A stretch of DNA of 23,064 nt from an uncultured Verrucomicrobiae bacterium. GTDB taxonomy: Bacteria > Verrucomicrobiota > Verrucomicrobiia > Chthoniobacterales > UBA10450. A model generated the notes under the pieces. That model saw nothing but the letters and a program-made list of their open reading frames with translations, was not told the DNA's origin and did not search any database. The translations under genes and the position numbers were made by a program. The first letter of the stretch is position 1. Every line of letters begins with the position of its first letter. Where the stretch lies: the NCBI GenBank assembly GCA_963815455.1, contig CAWFGO010000006.1, positions 1 to 23,064 on the forward strand, in the 5' to 3' direction. This document shows positions 1 to 9,851 of this stretch, piece after piece.

Positions 1-647
1 TCGCGCAGTTGGATGATGCGGTTTCCGTAGGCGGCGTTCTTTTCCGAGTGCGTTACTTGGATGATGGTCGTGCCCTCGGCGTTTAATTTCTTAAACAAGT
101 TCATGATCTCTTCGCCTTGGCTGGAGTGCAGATTGCCAGTCGGCTCGTCCGCCAGCAGGAGCTTCGGATTTGAAATGATCGCCCGGGCGACTCCGACGAG
201 CTGCTGTTGCCCGCCCGAGAGCTGGCGCGGATACAAATCTTTCTTGCCGACGATCTGAACAGTAGAGAGCTTTCGGCCACCATCCCTGCTCGCTCGCTTT
301 TGCCGACCTTGCGATAGGAGAGCGGGATTTCGAGATTTTCGTACACGGTCAGGTCGTCGAGCAGATGATATTGTTGAAAAACGAACCCGATTTGTTCGTT
401 GCGAAGCGTGGCGCGTTCTTTTGCTTTCAAGTTGTGGACCGCGACATCATTCAGGAAATATTCGCCATTCCAACCGTGGTCGTGCATGCCGAGCACATGC
501 AACAGTGTCGATTTGCCAGGCGCCCGAAGGGCCCATGACCGAAACGAATTCTCCCTCGGCAACATCGAGATTAATGTCGCGCAGCACGTAAAAGAACTGC
601 GCTTTAGCCAGCGGATAAACGCGTTCGAGATTTCGAAGTTTAATCAT
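1..647 (-). CDS. ABC transporter ATP-binding protein (LolD/MacB type), frameshifted in this sequence, 3' end runs off the window
   Basis: ATG at 647 ([11 protein letters not shown]). Walker A GPSGA/GKST is broken by a +1 indel near 519. [11 protein letters not shown] follows in ORF 101..565. After a garbled stretch near 260-270, a third frame gives [25 protein letters not shown] and QVTH. Confidence 0.9.
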
Positions 648-652
648 TGGAG

Positions 653-3105
653 TTAGGGGTTGTGTCCGAGAGCGATCATCGGGTCGGCTCGCGTGGCGCG
701 AATCGCGGGCACAAAGCTGGCGGCCAGCGCCACCAACCCGAGCAACACGGTGACCAGGGCAAATGTCGGCCCATCGAATGCGCTGACCCGATAAAGCAAC
801 GTTGCCAGCGCGCGTGTGCTCAGGAACGCGAGAAATAAGCCGATGGAGGTCCCCCGCGCCGATCAACATCAGCGCGCGGACCATGACGAGATTTAAGACA
901 TCGCGACGTTGCGCGCCTAACGCCATGCGCACTCCGATTTCGTGCGTGCGTTGCAGAACTAGGTAGGAAATAACTCCATAAATTCCTACTGACGCGAGGA
1001 GCAACGCGATTCCAGCAAAAGCGCCAAAGAACACGACCGACAATCTCCGGGCGGCTATTGAATCGCCAATGATTTGCTCCATCGGTCGCACGTATGCGAT
1101 GGCGACACCGGAATAGATCGCCTGGACTTCGCGTCGAATGTTACCGATGAGCTGGCGCGGATCCATTGTGTTCCGGACGACGAGGATCATCGTTTGCGGC
1201 GGTGAATGCCAGAGCGGCAGATACATTTCCGGATTCGGATCGGTATCGAGGCCGAGATGATGCATATTTGTCACGATCCCGACAATCGGGATCCAGCGCG
1301 GATTCTTCGCCGGATTATCAAACGTGATGCGTTTGTCGAGCGCATCGCCGTTTGGCCAAAACTTGTTAGCGAAAGCCTGATTGACCAACACACCGCGGGC
1401 ATCTTTTTGGCTGTCGTCGGCGACCAGGGGCCGGCCGGAAAGCACCGGCGTTTGCAGAACACGAAAGTAATCCGGACTGACATTCGATCTCTTCATCCGG
1501 TCCCGGATCTCTCGGCGCAATCGGACGACCTTCGATTGAAACGACCAGTCGGAATTTTTCCGGAGAGCGGCAAAATAGCTGTGATTACAGCGGCAGTCAC
1601 CCCGGAACGCTTGCAGCTCTGCGCACAAGCTCATCGGAAAAATGTATAATGTTCTCCGGTTTGGGATAGCTCAGCGACGGAAGAGTGAGTTCCATCGTCA
1701 ACACGTTTTGGGGGTTGAATCCGGGATCGACCTGCTGTAGGCGCGCGAAACTTTTGATGAGCAAACTCGCGCTGGTAAGGAGGACCAGGGCGAGCGCCAC
1801 TTCGGCGATCACCAGAACCGTACCCGCGAGATTGCGCCGGCGGCCTTCGCTTGTCCCACGACCGCCCTCTTTCAATGCGCCACTCAATTCCGGTCGAGCG
1901 GTCGTGAGCGCAGGGATAAGGCCAAAGAGTAAACCAGCGCCGATCGCCACCACCAAAGTAACGAGCAACACCGTGAGATCGAGATTGACGTCGCCCAGTC
2001 GCGGCACCGTTTGAGCGCCAATACGTTTCAGGACGTTCACGCTCCAGCCTGCAGTCAGAACACCGAGGCTACCTCCGGCGAGCGCGAGCATGACGCTCTC
2101 CACCAGCATCTGACGCACAATAGCCCATCGGTTGGCCCCAAGCGCGACGCGAATTGCAAACTCTCGTTCGCGCGCGGTGGCACGCGCGAGCAGCATCGTC
2201 CCGACGTTTGCACAACCGATGACCAAAACCAGGCCGACGGCGGCGACCAGGATGAGCGACATGGAACGAACCGGCGCGGTCGTGAGTTCCTGCAATTGCA
2301 AAACGTCCGCTCCGAAGCTTGTCCCCGAGGGATATCGGTTCGGATTTTCCCGTCTCATTTGGGCGTTAACCGTTTCCATTTCCGCCTCAGCCGAGTGGAA
2401 AGTCGCGCTGTCCCGCAGGCGAGCGATCGCGACAAGGTTACGCGAATAACGAGCCTGCATTTGTTCTTCCGTGAAAGCGAGCGGACACCAGAGATCGGCT
2501 CGCTCGGAAAATGAGGCAACTGCCACGTTGTAGAGTCGTATTGGGAAATCAAAACTTTCCGGCATTACTCCGACCACCGTGTAGTTGCGTCCATCCAGCG
2601 CGATCTGGTTGCCGACGATGTTTGAGTCGGAATTAAACCGCCGTTTCCACAATCGCGCGCTGATGACGACGACGTTGTCGCGGCCAACCTGGCATTCTTC
2701 CCCAGTAAAGGTCCGTCCCCGCACTGGTTTGATGCCGAGTGCATCGAACACGCCGTCAGTGACCAGCGCGGCAGGAACACGTTCGGGCTGATCGCCGCTG
2801 GCCAGATTGTAATTGGCGGTGGTGAAAGCGCCGATTCTTTCGAAGCTGCCAACGCGCTGCTCGTAATCGCGAAACTCCGGCGCAGACATCGGTATTTTCT
2901 CGAGCCCCATCGAATGAAAATGCTGCACGATGAGTGCAAGACGCGACGGCTCGTGAAACGGCAGGGGACGGAACAAAAGGGCGTCGACCAGACTAAACAC
3001 GGCGGTATTGGCGCCGATGGCGAGCGCCAGAGTGACAATCGCGATTAGAGTGAACCCTGGTGTTTTTGTCAGGCTCCGGAACGCGAAACGGATTTCTTGG
3101 AGCAT
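653..3105 (-). CDS. ABC transporter permease, duplicated MacB-PCD/FtsX (ADOP-like), frameshifted in this sequence
   Basis: ORF 1597..3105 has [13 protein letters not shown] and [29 protein letters not shown] 447..1634 has [25 protein letters not shown]. The C-terminus [18 protein letters not shown] ends at 653. Several indels lie at ~1490-1600 and ~830-855. Confidence 0.88.
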
Positions 3106-3117
3106 GACACGCGTCCG

Positions 3118-5703
3118 TTACTCGTAGCGCAGAGCTTCGACCGGGTTTAGTGCAGCGGCCCGGCGCGCGGGCAACCAGGTTGCGACGAGTGCGGCAGCGG
3201 CCAGCAGCAGCGGAGCGGCCGTAAACGCAATGGGATCGAAGGCGCCGACTTCATACCGAACTCCACTGAGTATCTTTCCGGTCGCTGCCGCGAGGAGCAG
3301 ACCGAGCGCGATGCCGCTGAAAAGCATGATCGACCCTTCGCGCATAATTAGTCGCAGAACCGCTCCGGGCTGTGCGCCCAGAGCCATGCGAATCCCGATC
3401 TCGCGTGTTCGCCGCGCGACGGAATACGCCTTTACTCCGTAAAGACCGACTACAGCGAGACCGAGCGCGAGTCCGCCGAAGATGGAGAACAACGCCGCTC
3501 CGGCCCGGACAATCCAGAGTTGCAAGTTGGAATCGAGATGCTGCGAAAATGTTTTCAGCGATAGGATTGGGATCGAAGGATCGACATCGCGCACCGTTCG
3601 TCGCAATAGATCGGCGGCGCTGGCTTCGTTACCGGGAGGGAGCGAACGAAATCGAACAAAAAAATTCACGTCGCTTTGGAATCCACGCGCGAATGGCAAA
3701 TAGATGGCGCATCCGGGCTCTTTTTCGAAAAGCGCGCGTCGCGTCGCCGGCACGATACCAACTATTTCAATCGTCTCTTCCGCTTTCTGTTCTTCACTCA
3801 AGTCGGCGGTCATTCCCATCTTCTTGTCTCCCCCGCCTTGTTTGGCTGCGTTCTCGCTGGCGTATTGAATCCGCTGGCCGAGCGCGTTCCCTTCGGGCCA
3901 AAGTTTTTTGGCCAACACCTCGTCGATGATCGCGACTTTCGGGCCAGGCTGCGTGGCTTCCGCTTCGGTGAACGCGCGGCCGCGAATCACAGGCAGCCCA
4001 ACCGTGGGAAAGTAATCTGCGCCCACACTGTTCCATGCCGCATCAAAAGCGAGACCCTCGGCGGCCGTAGCTGGTTTGTCGTCCGGCCCGGGGTGAACGC
4101 CTGCTCGCTGAATGTTTCGGCCCAACGAAATCATCCCAAACGGCACCGTTGCGGAAACGCTCGCGTGTTCAACCCCCGGAAGCGCAGCAAGCCGCTCGCT
4201 CAGGTTTTGATAGAGTTGCTCCGCGCGTTTCGATTCGTAACCAGCCAGGCTGGCATCGACTTCGAGAAGAAAACTTGCCCCCGGCTTAAGACCGGTATCA
4301 ACGGACGCGGCTTTGGCCGCGCCACGAATGAACAAGGCTGCGGCAGTAAGCAGCGCGAGCGAGAACGCAATTTGTATAACCACCAGCGGATTCCGCGGCA
4401 GAAATTTCCATCGACGGCGCACGACGTCTTCGCCGGCATGCTCCTTTAGATCGGTTATCACCGCGCTGCGCGAAATTTTCAAGGCCGGTCCCAGCGCAAA
4501 CAAAAGCGTGCCGAGCAGGCAAAATCCGAATGTCGCACCCAGAACCGCGGGACTCGGTCCACTCGCCCAGACGATGTCGAGCGGTATCATTTTGCGAAGT
4601 GAACCGACCAGGAGATCGGACGACCAGAGCCCGAGAATGAGTCCGCCCAACCCGCCAAGCAACGCCAGCACGAACCCCTCGACCAGGAGCTGTCGCACAA
4701 CGAGTGCACGACTGCCGCCAAGGGCGAGTCGGATCGCGATTTCTTTTCGGCGCGCCGTCCCGCGCGCAAGGAGCATGTTGGCGAGATTAAGGCAGGCCAC
4801 CAGCAACACCACCGTCGCCATGCCGAGTAGCAACGGCCCGATTGCCACCATGCCGCCATCGCCTGACGGGCTCGTGCTCACCGAATTGCGCGACACCGGT
4901 TCGGTTATGAACGTTTGATTCTTTTGTTCGACCGGAAACGCTTTTTCCAAATTCGCCGCTAAACCTTCCAGTGCGGGTTTGGCCGCGGCCGCGGTCATTC
5001 CGGATTTGAGTCGGCCGAGAATGAGCAATTGATTGCCTTTGCGATCGGCAATTGTCGTCTTGTTCTCCGAGGCAAAATCGTTTGCCACTCGATCGTAAAC
5101 GCTCATCGGCAGCCAGGCATCCGCTGAGAAAACCTGCATCGTGCCGGTGAATCCTTTTGGCGTGATCCCGACGATGGTGAATGCGCGGCCGTTGATGAGA
5201 AGCTGCGACCCGAGCACGCCGGGATCGAGATCGTGTTTCTGCCAGTAACTATAGCTGACGATCGCGACCGGTGTGTCACGCCCGAGCGTTTCTTCCTCGG
5301 GCAAGAACACACGACCTCGCGCCAGGGGAACTCCGAGCACTGAGAAATAGTTTGAACTAACGATGGCTGCGAACCCGCGCCGCGTGTCGCCTTTCTGGCC
5401 GAGACCGACCAGGGCGAGATTGAAGCATGTCACGTCAGTAAAGACTGTGTTTTGCGCGCGAATATCGAGATAAGTCGGATAAGAAAAGCCGCGAAAGGTT
5501 TTCGGGTTCTTCTTGTCCTGGGAAAAGAGCTGCACCACTTCGTGTGGCCTGGCGTAAGACGGCGGGGCAAATAAAAGCGTGTTACCAGGCTAAATACCGC
5601 CGTGTTTGCGCCAATGCCCAGCGCGAGCACGGTCGCCGCGGCAATTGTGAATCCCGGCGCCTTTCATCAGCTGCCGGAAGGCGAACTTAAAATCCTGAAT
5701 CAT
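3118..5703 (-). CDS. ABC transporter permease, duplicated MacB-PCD/FtsX (ADOP-like), N-terminus frameshifted
   Basis: ORF 3118..5538 has ACLNLANMLLARGTARRKEIAIRLALG and RRTREIGIRMALGA. The probable true start is ATG at 5703 (MIQDFKFAFRQLMK), with [15 protein letters not shown] in ORF 5430..5630. Indels lie between ~5540 and 5665. Confidence 0.9.
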
Positions 5704-5726
5704 GTGCGGCAGGGACCGCTCTATGT

Positions 5727-6428
5727 TCAAGCGGCGACCCGGTTGTCTTCCACCACCCGGCCGTCGAACAGATGCACCGTCCGATCGGCGTGTTGAGCGA
5801 AGCGCTGATCGTGCGTGACCATGCAGATGGTCGCGCCACCGGCGTGCAGTTCCTTTAGCAAATCCATGACCGCTTCGCCATTGCGCGAATCGAGATTTCC
5901 CGTCGGTTCGTCGGCCAGCAGGATCGCCGGTTTACCGGCAAGTGCGCGCGCTACGGCCACGCGTTGCTGCTGACCGCCGGAAAGCTGGCTTGGCAAATGT
6001 TTGGCCCGATGCCCCATGCCAACGCGCTCGAGCGCTTGCGTCACGAAGCCTTTTCGCTCGGAAGCAGCCATGCCGCGATAGGTCAGCGGTAGCTCGACGT
6101 TCTCATACACGGTCAGATCGCCGATCAAGTTAAAGCTTTGAAAAATGAATCCGATCTCGCGATTGCGGATCCGCGCGCGCTCGGGAAACGAAAGATTGGC
6201 AACTTCGCTTCCTTTCAAGGCATAGCTTCCGTCCGACGGCGTATCGAGCAGGCCGAGGATCGATAATAGCGTCGATTTGCCGCAACCGGACGGTCCGGCA
6301 ATGGAAAGATATTCGCCGGGGCGAATATCGAGATGAATGCCGGACAAGGCGTGTGTCTCGACCTCATCGGTGAGAAACACTTTTTTAACGTCTTGAAGGT
6401 GAATGAGAGGAGTGGATCCGTTTTTCAT
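5727..6428 (-). CDS. ABC transporter ATP-binding protein (LolD/MacB type)
   Basis: Intact 233 aa with Walker A GPSGCGKST, signature LSGGQQQRVAVARA, Walker [13 protein letters not shown] and H-loop VTHD. Confidence 0.96.
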   Translation of the reverse strand: MKNGSTPLIHLQDVKKVFLTDEVETHALSGIHLDIRPGEYLSIAGPSGCGKSTLLSILGLLDTPSDGSYALKGSEVANLSFPERARIRNREIGFIFQSFNLIGDLTVYENVELPLTYRGMAASERKGFVTQALERVGMGHRAKHLPSQLSGGQQQRVAVARALAGKPAILLADEPTGNLDSRNGEAVMDLLKELHAGGATICMVTHDQRFAQHADRTVHLFDGRVVEDNRVAA

Positions 6429-6472
6429 AGGTTGAGGTGTTGGCTTGTTTTGGGTTTGGTTCTAGATGTGTG

Positions 6473-7798
6473 TCAGTTCAGTCGAATCCGATCGTGCGTG
6501 TCCCAGGCGCTGGTATCGGACAAGATGACTTGGTCGCCCGGCTGCAGGCCGCTCACGATTTCGATGGTGTTGACTGAACTCTTCCCGAGTTTTACCGGCG
6601 TTCGGACAGCCTCGGAGCTGCCGGAAACGAGTTTGAAGATTCCAACGGTGCTGCTTTCCTGGCCAAAAGCCGGACGGCCGACGTAAACGACATCGTTCAG
6701 TCGCTCGAGCTCGATTGTTCCATCGACGCTCAAGTCCGGGCGGGCGCCTTTCGGCAAATCGCCATCGAGTGCGACGTCGACCGTGACGGTTCCTTGCTCG
6801 ACCGCGGGATCGACCCGGATAACATGGCCGTCAACTACGCCGTTGCGTGTGTCGATCGTGGCCTTCTGATCGATCTGAATGTCTTTCGCCTGGGTCTCCG
6901 CGATTTTGATTTGGGCCTTGAGCTTGGTCGGGTCGGCCACACGAGCGAGATTGTCGCCGACTTTTACGCGCTGACCGATCTGCACCGGTAATTGCTGCAG
7001 CACCCCGGACATGCCGGCGCGCACGTGTAACGCCTCGACCTGGTCTGTCTTTAATTTCGCCAGTTGTTTGGCCTGATCGACCGCGGCTTGCTTCGACGCG
7101 ATTTGCGGTTCGATCGAGCTTCGGGAAAACTCCAGCCGCTTTTGCTCAATCTGGTCGCGGTTTTCCAGCTCCGCTTCCTTCACTTTCGATGTCTTGTAGG
7201 TCAGCACGGCAATGAGTCCATTCTTTGCCAGCTGGTCGTTCGTTTCCCGCTCCATTTTCGCTTGTTGATACTCGGAGTGAACACGCGCGGTCGTTGCCTC
7301 TTGATCGAGAACTTCTCGCTGCAGAGTTGCTCGCAGAGTTGTTAGCTCCGCCTCCGCCGCGGTCGCCTGAAGATCGGCGTCGTGAGCGCTCTGTTCGAGT
7401 TCGGAACTGCTCATTTCAAGAATCACCGTGTCGGGCTCCACGGGTGTGCCTGGCCGAACGATGATTTTTTCCACGCGACCCTCCGTTGCCGCCGCGATCC
7501 AACGAATATCTTCCGGAACAAGTGTGCCGAGCCCCCGCACCTGGCGCACCATCGGGCCGCGTTTTACCGTGTCGATCCAAACAGTCGAGCGATCGACGCT
7601 CGGTACGGCCGGCTTGAGCCGAGACAAACCGATCGTTGCCAGAATCACTCCCAGCGCAATCGCCGAAATCGTGATGATCCGCTTTTTCCTTTTTTTGGCC
7701 GCGACCCCGGGCCGGGCAATATCCATGGAAGAAAGGCTAGGCGTAAAGCCCTCCGGCCGCACGATTGTAGTTTCCGCTTTTGCTTCGCTTTTCGTCAT
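6473..7798 (-). CDS. Efflux membrane fusion / periplasmic adaptor protein (HlyD/MacA family)
   Basis: Basic stretch KKRKKR plus one TM, lipoyl-like halves (EGRVEKIIVRPG; VRAGMSGVL), coiled-coil hairpin and C-terminal GLQPGDQVI. Start placed at ATG 7798 after a GGAAGGA SD-like sequence. Confidence 0.92.
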   Translation of the reverse strand: MTKSEAKAETTIVRPEGFTPSLSSMDIARPGVAAKKRKKRIITISAIALGVILATIGLSRLKPAVPSVDRSTVWIDTVKRGPMVRQVRGLGTLVPEDIRWIAAATEGRVEKIIVRPGTPVEPDTVILEMSSSELEQSAHDADLQATAAEAELTTLRATLQREVLDQEATTARVHSEYQQAKMERETNDQLAKNGLIAVLTYKTSKVKEAELENRDQIEQKRLEFSRSSIEPQIASKQAAVDQAKQLAKLKTDQVEALHVRAGMSGVLQQLPVQIGQRVKVGDNLARVADPTKLKAQIKIAETQAKDIQIDQKATIDTRNGVVDGHVIRVDPAVEQGTVTVDVALDGDLPKGARPDLSVDGTIELERLNDVVYVGRPAFGQESSTVGIFKLVSGSSEAVRTPVKLGKSSVNTIEIVSGLQPGDQVILSDTSAWDTHDRIRLN

Positions 7799-7832
7799 CG
7801 GGGTTGATCCTTCCAAGTCAGAGTCCGCCGGT

Positions 7833-8117
7833 TCAGCGAATGAGACCGAGAACGGCGTGCGCTGCCTGGAACAACGGCAAACAGACGGTCAGCATCACTG
7901 CGCTGAAGACGGCCGTTTCCGCCAGAAAGTCGCGGTGCGCTTCGCCTTCGAAATACGCGCGGGTGACCTGGAAAGAATTGCTTACGTCCAGGCTCGAGCA
8001 ACGAGCGGTGTAACCGCCGATCCCGACCGCTTGGTAGTTGGAGTCCGTGACTGGAACCCGGCGATGAGTTGCATTCGCTCGCTCGGTTTCGTCGATTATT
8101 TGAACTGTGGGTTTCAT
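7833..8117 (-). CDS. Small hypothetical protein (94 aa) with C-terminal TM helix; first gene after sigma-54 promoter P1
   Basis: ATG start, co-oriented and 35 bp before the adaptor gene, hydrophobic segment AVFSAVMLTVCLPLFQAAHAVLGLI. Shares a motif with ORF 13721..13942. Confidence 0.7.
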   Translation of the reverse strand: MKPTVQIIDETERANATHRRVPVTDSNYQAVGIGGYTARCSSLDVSNSFQVTRAYFEGEAHRDFLAETAVFSAVMLTVCLPLFQAAHAVLGLIR

Positions 8118-8189
8118 ATTTTCTTCTTAGGTGAGATGCGTTTGGGAGCGCATTTGGATTAGGATTTTTTTAAAGTCGTTACCCCCTAT

Positions 8190-8205
8190 TGCAAAGCCCG
8201 TGCCA
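8190..8205 (-). promoter_or_regulatory. Sigma-54 (-24/-12) promoter P1
   Basis: Minus strand TGGCACGGGCTTTGCA is a perfect TGGCACG-N4-TTGCA (GG-N10-GC). A sigma-54 activator gene is nearby. Confidence 0.9.
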
Positions 8206-8212
8206 CCGGGGA

Positions 8213-8254
8213 ATGGAAAGTGATAAATGACTAGTGACGAGTGACTTGTGAATT
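8213..8254. repeat. Degenerate heptamer tandem repeat
   Basis: atggaaa gtgataa atgacta gtgacga gtgactt gtgaatt. Confidence 0.65.
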
Positions 8255-8282
8255 GCAATCTCCTCGGCCCCTGCCGCGCTTC

Positions 8283-8320
8283 GCTTCGCTTGTGGGACAT
8301 CGCCGTCCCGATTTCGGGAC
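8283..8320. promoter_or_regulatory. Tandem enhancer (UAS) for a sigma-54 activator, upstream of P1
   Basis: Perfect palindrome GTCCCGA-TT-TCGGGAC at 8305-8320, plus a weaker site GCTTCGCTTGTGGGAC 22 bp closer (8283-8298). Same layout as 14048-14085. Confidence 0.78.
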
Positions 8321-8337
8321 GCGACCGTATCATGCTT

Positions 8338-8469
8338 GTCTTTCCTGAGCGGAAGCGAAGGATCTCGCGAGAAGAGGCAATGCTCGCGCATCAGGAAGCG
8401 CTCGCGCATTCAGTGTGGTTCGGTCCGTTGCGATACGATGCCGAGATCCCTCGCTGTGCTCGGGATGAT
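8338..8469. repeat. Palindromic intergenic repeat (GTCATCCTGAGC...GCTCAGGATGAC type, REP/MITE-like)
   Basis: Arms GTCTTTCCTGAGCGGAAGCGAAGGATCTCG (8338-8367) and CGAGATCCCTCGCTGTGCTCGGGATGAT (8442-8469) are imperfectly complementary. A related copy is at 15866-15946. Confidence 0.75.
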
Positions 8470-8474
8470 GATGC

Positions 8475-9809
8475 CTAACAAGGCAATCGCAGCAACGCTT
8501 CTGCGCCAGTGCCGCTGCGTCGATTTGCCAGGGCCAGCGAACCGCCGTGGGCTTCGGCAATTTGGCGACTGAGCGCGAGACCAATCCCGGATCCGCCCGG
8601 TTTGGTGGTGAAGAATGGCACGAAAAGATTTGTCGGGTTCATGATGCCGGGACCTTCATCAACGACGATCACTTCTACGCAGTCCCTGGTTTCGTGACAG
8701 CTAACGGTGACTCCGCCGCCGGTTTCGAGCGCAGAGTCCACGGCGTTGTGCACGAGATTGATCAACACCTGTTCGATCTGAGCCGCGTCGGCGTGAATTT
8801 TCGTTTTCGCGCCTGGAACAAGTTTGACGTTTAGTCGCGGCTCCAAGCTGATGACGCGCCGAATCAGCTCATCAAGATCGACATCTTCTTTCTGTGGCGG
8901 CGGCAGCTTGGCCAGCTTCGTATACGCCTGCATGAAACGGCTCAACGATTCCGCGCGCGCCTCGATCGATTTAAGCCCGCTCTGGGCGTCCTCTTTCCAG
9001 TCGGACGGCGGCGGGTCGCGAGTTAACAACGCTTCCAAACTTCCGGCGAGCGATTTGATCGGGGCCAAAGAATTGTTCATCTCGTGGCCGAGCACGCGGA
9101 CCAGGCTTTGCCAGGCGCGACGTTCTTCTTCCCGCAAAGTGCGGCTGAGATCGGTCAGCACGAGCAGTTCGTGTGGCAGGCCGCGTTCGCGAAATGTGCT
9201 GCGCCGCACCCCCCAACGGCCGGAACCGCCGGGAAAACTCAGGGTGAGCGGCGCGTCTTCGTCGGATTCGAGGCACGCAGCGAGTCCCAGTTCGTCCGCA
9301 GTTTTGCCGAGCAATTTGTCGATCGGCTTGCCCAGTAAATGTTCGCCGGCCCGGTTAACGAGGCGCAAATGCCGTTCCGGATCGAACGTGAAAACGGCGA
9401 CCTCGATTTCGGCCATGATAGTGCGCAACAACGCGGTGGCTTCGAACGCCCCCAACCGTTGCAGGCGCAGGGTTTCGCCGAGCATGTTGATCTCGAGCAA
9501 AGCTTCGCCAAGCGCATCGTCGACTCGAGCGCCGCGGGCGCGAATCGAGTAATCGCCTTCCCGCAATGCGCCCAGCAGATTCGCCATCGTTTGTAACGGA
9601 CGGACGATGTGTTCTCGCGCGCTTGCGATGAAACCGGCCAGACAACCCAACATCACGATTACGAACGTCCATTGTACTTTCGCGCTGTAGCCCCCGAACC
9701 AGAGAAAGGCCATGGCAATGACAATGGCGGGACCGGCTGCGCCAAGTGTGAGCCAGGTCAGGCGATTCTCATGGGAGAGACGATGTCGATCTTTCGACGG
9801 GCGTTTCAT
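8475..9809 (-). CDS. Sensor histidine kinase (2 TM, HAMP-like, PAS, HisKA, HATPase)
   Basis: H-box LGHEMNNSLAPI, N-box QVLINLVHNAVD, DEGPGI, FVPFFTTKPGGSGIGLALS. Two N-terminal TMs with a very short loop. Confidence 0.95.
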   Translation of the reverse strand: MKRPSKDRHRLSHENRLTWLTLGAAGPAIVIAMAFLWFGGYSAKVQWTFVIVMLGCLAGFIASAREHIVRPLQTMANLLGALREGDYSIRARGARVDDALGEALLEINMLGETLRLQRLGAFEATALLRTIMAEIEVAVFTFDPERHLRLVNRAGEHLLGKPIDKLLGKTADELGLAACLESDEDAPLTLSFPGGSGRWGVRRSTFRERGLPHELLVLTDLSRTLREEERRAWQSLVRVLGHEMNNSLAPIKSLAGSLEALLTRDPPPSDWKEDAQSGLKSIEARAESLSRFMQAYTKLAKLPPPQKEDVDLDELIRRVISLEPRLNVKLVPGAKTKIHADAAQIEQVLINLVHNAVDSALETGGGVTVSCHETRDCVEVIVVDEGPGIMNPTNLFVPFFTTKPGGSGIGLALSRQIAEAHGGSLALANRRSGTGAEALLRLPC

Positions 9810-9813
9810 CCGT

Positions 9814-9848
9814 TTCGAAATTCGAGATTCAAGATTCGAAGTTCGAAA
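9814..9848. repeat. Heptamer tandem repeat, 5 units
   Basis: ttcgaaa ttcgaga ttcaaga ttcgaag ttcgaaa, filling the regulator-kinase gap. Confidence 0.8.
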
Positions 9849-9851
9849 GTA

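Noticed and set aside
447..1634. Apparent permease-ATPase fusion ORF
   Set aside because: Frameshift artefact: the permease ends at TAA 653 in another frame and the ATPase has its own ATG at 647.
8127..8584. Short ORFs between the kinase and the 94-aa gene
   Set aside because: They translate the promoter, heptamer repeat and palindromic element, with no coding evidence.
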